This document shows positions 57,714 through 64,000 of a DNA stretch of 64,000 bases, piece after piece; the stretch's first letter is position 1, and each line of letters starts with the position of its first letter. Origin of the DNA: Oceanispirochaeta sp. (lineage in GTDB: Bacteria; Spirochaetota; Spirochaetia; DSM-2461). The position numbers and the translations under genes are program-made. The stretch spans positions 1,248,001 to 1,312,000 of the forward strand of contig CAXXOA010000001.1 in the NCBI GenBank assembly GCA_963666275.2, written 5' to 3'. The notes beneath the pieces are model-generated. The model was not told the origin of the DNA and made no database searches. It saw only the letters and a list, made by a program, of their open reading frames with translations.

Positions 57714-58248
57714 TAAACATTATGGATCGGTTTTGAAGAAATTCAGATAGAATTGTTCCTGGGAGAACCGTATATTCCAAAGATTCGGACACTGCCCGGC
57801 GGTTCATAATACGAAATACCAGAGAGTGGCGATAATCCATAACAGCTTGAGCTGTCTCGAACTGATACATTCCCTGCCATGTGCCGTCCGACTTATCAAC
57901 ACTCCACATTTTTTCCTGAAAACCCGAAGTCCCGGCAATTAATGGAATGGGAATCAGTGAAGCCCAGCGGTTAAAATTAAAGGAATGGCGCTTAAACCTG
58001 AATCGAACAATAAAAACAGTTTCTTCTCCAGTAGATTCAGTCAATTTTTTTGTTCTCAGATATCGGAATTCTGTAAATTTTTTTCCATCATTCATCTCCC
58101 AAACCTGCTCGGAATTTTGGCGGGAAAAATATTGGGATCTTTTTGCAATTCGGATAAAAGACCGCCCTAAATTCATGGGCGGAAAGTTTTTCCATGTCCC
58201 TTTATGATGTTCCATCCCTTTCTCCTTTGATACAGTATGACGCTTCAT
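57679..58248 (-). CDS. YdhR-like dimeric alpha/beta-barrel protein (putative monooxygenase)
   Basis: GFQEKMW...WQGMYQFET..A..DY. Confidence 0.55.
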   Translation of the reverse strand: MKRHTVSKEKGMEHHKGTWKNFPPMNLGRSFIRIAKRSQYFSRQNSEQVWEMNDGKKFTEFRYLRTKKLTESTGEETVFIVRFRFKRHSFNFNRWASLIPIPLIAGTSGFQEKMWSVDKSDGTWQGMYQFETAQAVMDYRHSLVFRIMNRRAVSESLEYTVLPGTILSEFLQNRSIMFNESRADSIKSL

Positions 58249-58274
58249 TTTTCACCGGGTCCTCAATTAACTGT

Positions 58275-59150
58275 CTATTCATTACCAATCCAGTTTATAG
58301 ATTGCAACGGACGGGATATGGATCTTCTGTACTTGTATTTCGGGAATCCCAGGACGAGTGACATATTCACTTCGTGGTCTTGGGGAATCTGAAATAAAGA
58401 TTTCAGTTCTTTCACTTGATTGATAGCCGAAGGGACTATTTCTACCAATGTTGATCCCAGCCCCAGGGCGTGGGCCTGAAGCATGGCATAGGTGGCATTC
58501 AACAGCGCATTTGCTGTGCGGGCTTCTGCTGTCTTTTCAGAGTGAAACAGTATCATCAAGGGTGCTCCCCGGGAAATACGGTCTCCCTTATCCAGTTTAA
58601 AGGTGCCCTGCCTGGCTATGGGGTATAGGTGGTTCTTCACCGTGTTGTATACTTCTGCAGAACTGGATCTTCTGAAAAAGAACGATATCATTGGATTCTC
58701 GATAATATGGACTACTAGATCCAGAAATCGTGAGATCAAGGGAAGAGACAGCTCTATGGTCTCCCGATTATTTACTACAGTGATGGCACTCTTTTCGGGA
58801 TGACATCCAAAAGGAGCATACTGAACCGCATGGAGAACTTTCTGGATCATTTCTTTCGGAACCTCCCTTCCATCAAAATTCCGTACCGATCTGCGTGATG
58901 CAAGAAAATGAGAAAAATCTTCCTCCTTAAAGCCTATGGGTTGGATATCTGCCAGATTTTCCCCGTAGGATAATCCATCCACCTGGATAAATCGGGTAGG
59001 GCACACCGCCATACACTGACCGCAGGTAAGGCAGAGCTGTTTTTTTTCGGACTGCAGTATCGCCCCTTTTTCTTCGGTAACATCTATAACCTTGAAGGGA
59101 CAAACCTCCCGGCAGAGTCCGCAGCGGCTGCATTGTTTTAAAATAGCCAT
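58275..59150 (-). CDS. Nitroreductase with N-terminal 2[4Fe-4S] domain
   Basis: CSRCGLCREVCP, CLTCGQCMAVCP, RRSVRNF, AHALGLGS. Confidence 0.9.
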   Translation of the reverse strand: MAILKQCSRCGLCREVCPFKVIDVTEEKGAILQSEKKQLCLTCGQCMAVCPTRFIQVDGLSYGENLADIQPIGFKEEDFSHFLASRRSVRNFDGREVPKEMIQKVLHAVQYAPFGCHPEKSAITVVNNRETIELSLPLISRFLDLVVHIIENPMISFFFRRSSSAEVYNTVKNHLYPIARQGTFKLDKGDRISRGAPLMILFHSEKTAEARTANALLNATYAMLQAHALGLGSTLVEIVPSAINQVKELKSLFQIPQDHEVNMSLVLGFPKYKYRRSISRPLQSINWIGNE

Positions 59151-59151
59151 A

Positions 59152-59385
59152 TTACTTTCCCCCCTGACTCTTGCGTGCTTTATTCATGGCAAGAATCACG
59201 TGAAATATTAGCAACGAAACCAATATCAATGTGCTGTAGGGGGTAAAACTGCAAAGTGCCTTGTAACCCAGTCGGCATTCCTTACTTATGGTTTCACAGG
59301 GTATAACCGTTAACAGGGCACTCACCAGATAGATAGTGACAAAGATCCTGTGGACCTTGTTTGTTTTACTGATTTGCTTTTTCAT
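59152..59385 (-). CDS. Small membrane protein
   Basis: Two hydrophobic segments; C..GY.ALCSFTP. Confidence 0.6.
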   Translation of the reverse strand: MKKQISKTNKVHRIFVTIYLVSALLTVIPCETISKECRLGYKALCSFTPYSTLILVSLLIFHVILAMNKARKSQGGK

Positions 59386-60616
59386 AGATTACCTCCTGAA
59401 GCACCTTAACGGCATTGGCCGGTCCATCCCAGGCTTCCAGCTGCTGCCGGAACTGGTTGATCCTGGATTTAGCTTCCTGGTTACTCAGCAGAGATTCAAT
59501 GGATTCTATAATCTGGGATGGGGTGACTCTCTTTTTGGATAGCCTGATGGCAAAACCCTTTCGGACACAGGCATCCAGATTCGCCTGCTGCTCCACATGC
59601 ATTCCGATTCCTACCATAGGCGTCCCTGACAGACAGGCGTTCATCACTGTATTCTGACCGCCGTGAATAACTGCCACATCGGCCATTTTATTCACAATAT
59701 GAGCAGGCAGAAATTCAGTTACAATCACATTTTCCGGAACAACAATATCTAAACCCTCAATCAGGGATTTTATGGGAGCTATGACTCTATAGGGTTTTCC
59801 TTTAAAACCCGCAAGAATATTACCGATCAACTCCTTTTTTCCCGAACTGCCCATGGCGAAGTAGACAATCGGAGTATCTCCCTTCAAGTTTTTCAGCTCT
59901 TCAGGAACGGGAATGTTCAACCTGGCAGGTAAGGGACCGATATGCCTCAGATTATTTCTGAGAGTTCTATGATTTACCCATTCCGGAATATCCGCCAGTA
60001 GCGTCGTATCACCTTCGATGAACTCTACGAAATTCCTGAATCCCGCCAATTCGTAATCTTTAAGAACCTTATTGTATGGTTTCATAGGAATGGAGGCATT
60101 TAATACCCGCTTATTGAACAGGGCCGTCCGTTTTTCAGGAGGCATTAGCTTGTCCAGCAGCCAGTTATCCAAATTATCGGGGTAGCTTTGAAGGCCTGCT
60201 TCATAGTACTCCCGAACCGAAGTGGAGTGGAGAACATTAACATAGTGAACACCAACGTATCGGGCCGATATGCCTACGGTAAGGTTCCATCCTGTTATCA
60301 CAGCTGCAGGTTCGGCTTCCATAAAATAGGCAATCTCCGATTTGACCCGGGTACGTATCTCTTTTTCATTAAAATAGGCGACAGGATTCAACGCATCACC
60401 GTTCAACATTTTCCCTATATGAGTAAGCTGCCTTTCTGTAAGAGCCGGCTCCATAGGGAATACCTTAAAGCCTTCCTCTTTGATGATGTATTCATACTTC
60501 CCGCCATAATGGATGAACTCAACGTCGAATACTTCTCTTGCTTTTTTGGCGATTTCCACCATTCGGCTGACTTCAGCCAGATTATATGCTGCTACAGCGA
60601 AACAAATTTTAGTCAT
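59366..60616 (-). CDS. GT-B glycosyltransferase (MGT/GT1-like)
   Basis: VYFAMGSSG, IHGGQNT, GTPMVGIG..EQQAN. Confidence 0.85.
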   Translation of the reverse strand: MTKICFAVAAYNLAEVSRMVEIAKKAREVFDVEFIHYGGKYEYIIKEEGFKVFPMEPALTERQLTHIGKMLNGDALNPVAYFNEKEIRTRVKSEIAYFMEAEPAAVITGWNLTVGISARYVGVHYVNVLHSTSVREYYEAGLQSYPDNLDNWLLDKLMPPEKRTALFNKRVLNASIPMKPYNKVLKDYELAGFRNFVEFIEGDTTLLADIPEWVNHRTLRNNLRHIGPLPARLNIPVPEELKNLKGDTPIVYFAMGSSGKKELIGNILAGFKGKPYRVIAPIKSLIEGLDIVVPENVIVTEFLPAHIVNKMADVAVIHGGQNTVMNACLSGTPMVGIGMHVEQQANLDACVRKGFAIRLSKKRVTPSQIIESIESLLSNQEAKSRINQFRQQLEAWDGPANAVKVLQEVIYEKANQ

Positions 60617-60684
60617 AATGATTTTTCTCCTTTGATAAACTCAAACTCGGTATTTAAGAAGGATAGGGCTATGATTCAAATTGC

Positions 60685-60718
60685 GCATACCTCCCTCGGG
60701 GTATTCGGGGTAGTATTC
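60685..60718. promoter_or_regulatory. Conserved 34-bp motif, copy 1
   Basis: GCATACCTCCCTCGGGGTATTCGGGGTAGTATTC upstream of the glycosyltransferase gene. Confidence 0.6.
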
Positions 60719-60928
60719 TTTCTGTTTCATTGATCAGTGCTTTTTGGAATAAAGATCGATAGCCAATTATGAGCTATGCTTCATTACCTTGCTCTCCGGT
60801 TTTTCTTTCAACCTTCATCAAAGAAAATCGACTGGTGACCTTGAGCACTACTGCCACAGTCCAGAATGACAGCATTCTTATCAGCGGTATAAAGAGCTTG
60901 TGACTTTTCGATAGGTTTTCATGATGAC

Positions 60929-61714
60929 TCATTTTTTTCTCCGGATACTGAAGGATTGGGAATCTGCACTGCCAAAAATTTTACTCAGCTCTTTTTGCAC
61001 CACCTTTTTAGTGATCCATTTTGTATGAAAGGGCAGTTTTACATCATAGAAGTAATCCGTTTTACTTTTATAGTATTCAAAATCTGCCGGCATTGCTTCT
61101 TTTGCCTTCGTGGAAATGGCTTTAAAAATCCCAAAGGGAACCAGCTTGTTCAGAGTCGGTTTATCTTTTTCTCCTGATCGGATTCTGTTCAGAAAAACCT
61201 CAAAGGCTTCTATGGATTTCCGGATATTCTCCTGTTGAAGGGATTCCGTATTACCGCCTGGCCTGTATTGCAGTGCCAGGGAAGGTACGATATTAAAACC
61301 GAACACACTTAATCCCTTGCTCATATATTCCAGAGCCGGTTCCGCACCGTACCCGGAATAGGTCACCAGGGACATGGCAAACTGGTTAAAAAAACGGGGG
61401 CGGTGCCCGATGTACCCCAGGCGGTCGAAAAAGTTCTTCATCAGCGCCGGGACCATTTGGGAGTAAACCGGCGAGGCCACTATCAAACCGTCAGCTTCAT
61501 CAATTTTCTCAAGAATCCTGTCTCTGTCATCGTTGATAGGGCATTTACATGAGCCATGGGTGACACAGGCGTAGCATCCCCGGCAGAACTCGAAGTCGAG
61601 ATCTTTAAGCAATAGGATTTCAATGTGGATATCAGAAAAGATATCTTTAATGTTCTGAAGGGCTGCGTAGGTATTTCCCTTTCTGGGGCTGCCGCATATA
61701 GCCAGAATTTTCAT
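60929..61714 (-). CDS. Flavodoxin family / NADPH-dependent FMN reductase with Fe-S motif
   Basis: GSPRKGNT, CRGCYAC...C, ASPVY...MKNFFDR. Confidence 0.88.
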   Translation of the reverse strand: MKILAICGSPRKGNTYAALQNIKDIFSDIHIEILLLKDLDFEFCRGCYACVTHGSCKCPINDDRDRILEKIDEADGLIVASPVYSQMVPALMKNFFDRLGYIGHRPRFFNQFAMSLVTYSGYGAEPALEYMSKGLSVFGFNIVPSLALQYRPGGNTESLQQENIRKSIEAFEVFLNRIRSGEKDKPTLNKLVPFGIFKAISTKAKEAMPADFEYYKSKTDYFYDVKLPFHTKWITKKVVQKELSKIFGSADSQSFSIRRKK

Positions 61715-61715
61715 A

Positions 61716-61901
61716 TCAAACACCTCCTCCTTTCTCTGTCAAAAAAGAATGGCTGCTGAATCCCAGCCATGCTATTAATCCATGTAAATAGATTTGATCC
61801 ATCGAGCCGGTTGTATGGTTTACCGGTTCGGGTTCTATTCCGCAATCCTTTCTCAGATCCTCTGGTAAAGGCTCAATTTTTTTCTTATCAAACTTTCTCA
61901 T
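61716..61901 (-). CDS. Small hypothetical protein
   Basis: AGGAGG RBS before MRKFDKK; abuts the flavodoxin gene. Confidence 0.4.
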   Translation of the reverse strand: MRKFDKKKIEPLPEDLRKDCGIEPEPVNHTTGSMDQIYLHGLIAWLGFSSHSFLTEKGGGV

Positions 61902-61951
61902 GACTGCCTCCTTCATGTTGATTGAACTTTAATTCCTGAAGGGTATTGTCC

Positions 61952-61985
61952 GCGTACCACGGGGGTAGTAATCCTGGTAGTATTC
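61952..61985. promoter_or_regulatory. Conserved 34-bp motif, copy 2
   Basis: GCGTACCACGGGGGTAGTAATCCTGGTAGTATTC. Confidence 0.6.
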
Positions 61986-62032
61986 TGTACCTCCATTAAC
62001 GGGAACGGACCTGTTCCCTGATTTTCCCTCCC

Positions 62033-62845
62033 TCAGTTTTCCTCCCAGAAATCTCCGGGAGTAAGCACAATACAACTGGAACCTAGCTTTTCGATTCCTG
62101 CTCTAAATTCCTGAGCATCGGCGGGGCAGTATTTATTTGTAAACAAAGCTCGCAGGTTATAGTGCATGGGAATAACCACCCCGGGTTTCATCAACCTGAC
62201 AGCTTCTATCGCCTCTTCAACTCCCATGGTATTCCCTGCGTCTTTCCCACCGATGGGAAGCATCAGAACATCCGGTTCAACGATGGATGACCAGGCTTCC
62301 TCTTCCAGAAGAGTATCGCCCAGGTTTACCAGGGTGCGGCCATTCCAGGTCATTATAAACCCTAGGGAGCCCCATCCGACACGTTCTTTTGGTCCGGGAT
62401 ATTCCACTTTTACAAAAGGGCCCATTCTCAAAGAAAGAGGCCCATGGGTAGTTTTTACGGCGGTAAATCTTATGCCATCCACATTTCGGGTTTCTCCAGG
62501 GGCGAAGAGTTCAGGGGAGGCCAGATTCCAATCGAATTTCAGACCCCTCGAACGGGGCCCCAGTGCTTTAGGACCTTTGGGAGTCTCTTTCATCATGGTT
62601 CTGTTCATTATGACCGGGGCGCCCGATACTTTCGCCATTTTATGGGCAAACCAGTAATGATCGGGGTCTCCATGGGTAATCACGATGTGACTTACAGCAG
62701 GCCAGATGGATTTGGGTATAACTGAATGAAACTGAAAGTAATAGGCGAAGGTGGCTCCTGGATCGATGGCGACCCTCTTTCCGCCGTATTCGATGATAAA
62801 GGCGTTATACTCGTAATAGGAAATTCTGAGGCCAGTTTTGTGCAT
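62033..62845 (-). CDS. Metallo-beta-lactamase fold hydrolase
   Basis: ITHGDPDH, GDT, IPMHY. Confidence 0.85.
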   Translation of the reverse strand: MHKTGLRISYYEYNAFIIEYGGKRVAIDPGATFAYYFQFHSVIPKSIWPAVSHIVITHGDPDHYWFAHKMAKVSGAPVIMNRTMMKETPKGPKALGPRSRGLKFDWNLASPELFAPGETRNVDGIRFTAVKTTHGPLSLRMGPFVKVEYPGPKERVGWGSLGFIMTWNGRTLVNLGDTLLEEEAWSSIVEPDVLMLPIGGKDAGNTMGVEEAIEAVRLMKPGVVIPMHYNLRALFTNKYCPADAQEFRAGIEKLGSSCIVLTPGDFWEEN

Positions 62846-62846
62846 T

Positions 62847-63596
62847 CTAATCTCCTTTCTGAATAGGATTCATACCGAAATCAAACTGAATTGCTTTTTT
62901 GGGGCAGTTGTCGACACAGGCTCCGCAGAGGATGCAGTCCTGGGTTTCCAGCTTGTCATTTAGAACAAGCTGATCTACCTCTATGCCCATGCTGCAGGAA
63001 CGATTACAGCGTTTACAGGAGATGCATTGTGATGAATTGACCTTTAAGCCCAAACGGGGAATCCGAAGAGCCAGACTGATTTTCCTTCCGATGATCATAA
63101 AAGGGGACATCCAGCAAAAACTATGACAGGCTCCCCGTTTACCGATGAACAGGGCCGAAAGAAAGAATATCAGGACGATTCCCATATAGATGATTAAACC
63201 CCTGAGATCGGTTACGGAAACTCCGTGTTCAATATGATAGAGGGGCTCCACTGACTGTACTCCCCCTGCCCGAATCAGGAGCAGAATGAAACCCATGAGC
63301 CAGGGACCCCAGATAATAAATTTAATCCAACCGAGACGCTTAGGGTTTACCGGTCGGTCACGGAATCCGGAAACCACATCCTGAATCGCACCGGCTGGAC
63401 AAACCCATCCGCAGAAGGCCCTTCCGGAGATTAACGATGTGATAAGAAACACCGAAAAAGTAAAGGCACTTCCCACAATGATTCCCTTCTCAGCGCCTCT
63501 GATGAACAAATAGGGCGAGAAATAAAAGGCACTAACCGGAAACAGAAACATGGATGCCGCTGATATTCCTTTGCGGATGTTTTGTCTTCTTTTCAT
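62847..63596 (-). CDS. Membrane 4Fe-4S binding protein (NapH/MauN-like)
   Basis: GRAFCGWVCPAG, CHSFCW, two C-terminal CxxCxxCxxxC motifs. Confidence 0.85.
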   Translation of the reverse strand: MKRRQNIRKGISAASMFLFPVSAFYFSPYLFIRGAEKGIIVGSAFTFSVFLITSLISGRAFCGWVCPAGAIQDVVSGFRDRPVNPKRLGWIKFIIWGPWLMGFILLLIRAGGVQSVEPLYHIEHGVSVTDLRGLIIYMGIVLIFFLSALFIGKRGACHSFCWMSPFMIIGRKISLALRIPRLGLKVNSSQCISCKRCNRSCSMGIEVDQLVLNDKLETQDCILCGACVDNCPKKAIQFDFGMNPIQKGD

Positions 63597-63691
63597 AAGG
63601 AACTCCTTTGAAATTGATTTGCTGAATAAAAATTCCCAACAAACCCATACGATTAAGATGGGTATAGTCTACTTCCGGCTATGCCATGGCC

Positions 63692-63725
63692 GCATACCAC
63701 AGCAGTAGTATTTCAGGAGGTATTT
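63692..63725. promoter_or_regulatory. Conserved 34-bp motif, copy 3
   Basis: GCATACCACAGCAGTAGTATTTCAGGAGGTATTT. Confidence 0.6.
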
Positions 63726-63761
63726 GGAGATGAAATATTTAGTTATGGGATAATATGGGGC

Positions 63762-64000
63762 TCAATCCAGATTCAGGATACCGAATCTTCTGGCTCGTGC
63801 TACGGCTTCCGTACGGTTATGGCAGTTCAGTTTGGCGTAGATATTCCGTGTATGAACCTTAACTGTATGGACGGAGATAAAAAGTTTTTCACCCAACTGC
63901 TCGTTGGATAAGCCTTCTGCGATAAGCTGCAATACATCAATTTCCCGTTCACTATGAGGTTCCATTAGTCCTTTCTGCTTTGCTTCTGCTTTTTTGTCTG
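63762..64000 (-). CDS. C-terminal LuxR-type HTH of a regulator (5' part outside window)
   Basis: SEREIDVLQLIAEGLSNEQLGEKLFISVHTVKVHTRNIYAKL...RTEAV. Confidence 0.85.
   Translation of the reverse strand, partial: DKKAEAKQKGLMEPHSEREIDVLQLIAEGLSNEQLGEKLFISVHTVKVHTRNIYAKLNCHNRTEAVARARRFGILNLD

Noticed and set aside
1..64000. tRNA or rRNA genes
   Set aside because: None recognised by eye in the intergenic regions; tRNAscan-SE and Infernal were not run.

Overview
Chromosomal window of a bacterium, most likely a free-living anaerobic spirochaete (inferred from the fliS-polA-coaE-SPOR gene order, the epmA-efp pair and the fermentative genes). Bases 1-38.4 kb are GC-balanced housekeeping and fermentation genes: trkAH, a PIN-PhoH protein, fliS, polA, coaE, a GH13 phosphorylase, a fused pyrF-pyrE, mscS, efp/epmA, a ferredoxin, an acyl-CoA synthetase, ackA, and an hfs-type sensory [FeFe]-hydrogenase operon divergent from adhE. 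From about 40.08 to 57.71 kb there is an AT-rich integron-type gene-cassette array of about 10 co-oriented cassettes. It has an attI-like site at the 5' end and attC sites; in the intact cassettes the R'' box complements that cassette's own 5' core. No integron integrase is visible in the window. Cargo includes restriction-endonuclease-like and other nuclease-like proteins, K+ channels, an AAA ATPase and two type II TA pairs. Two IS families sit in the recombination sites. An IS1111-type (IS110 family) element lies in the R'' end of one attC and has a candidate bridge/seek RNA region. An IS1182-family element occurs twice, each time abutting the GTT crossover core. Bases 57.7-64 kb are a minus-strand redox/glycosyltransferase cluster whose three upstream regions share a 34-bp motif, next to a LuxR-type regulator. 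All calls are from reading the sequence; no database searches were run.
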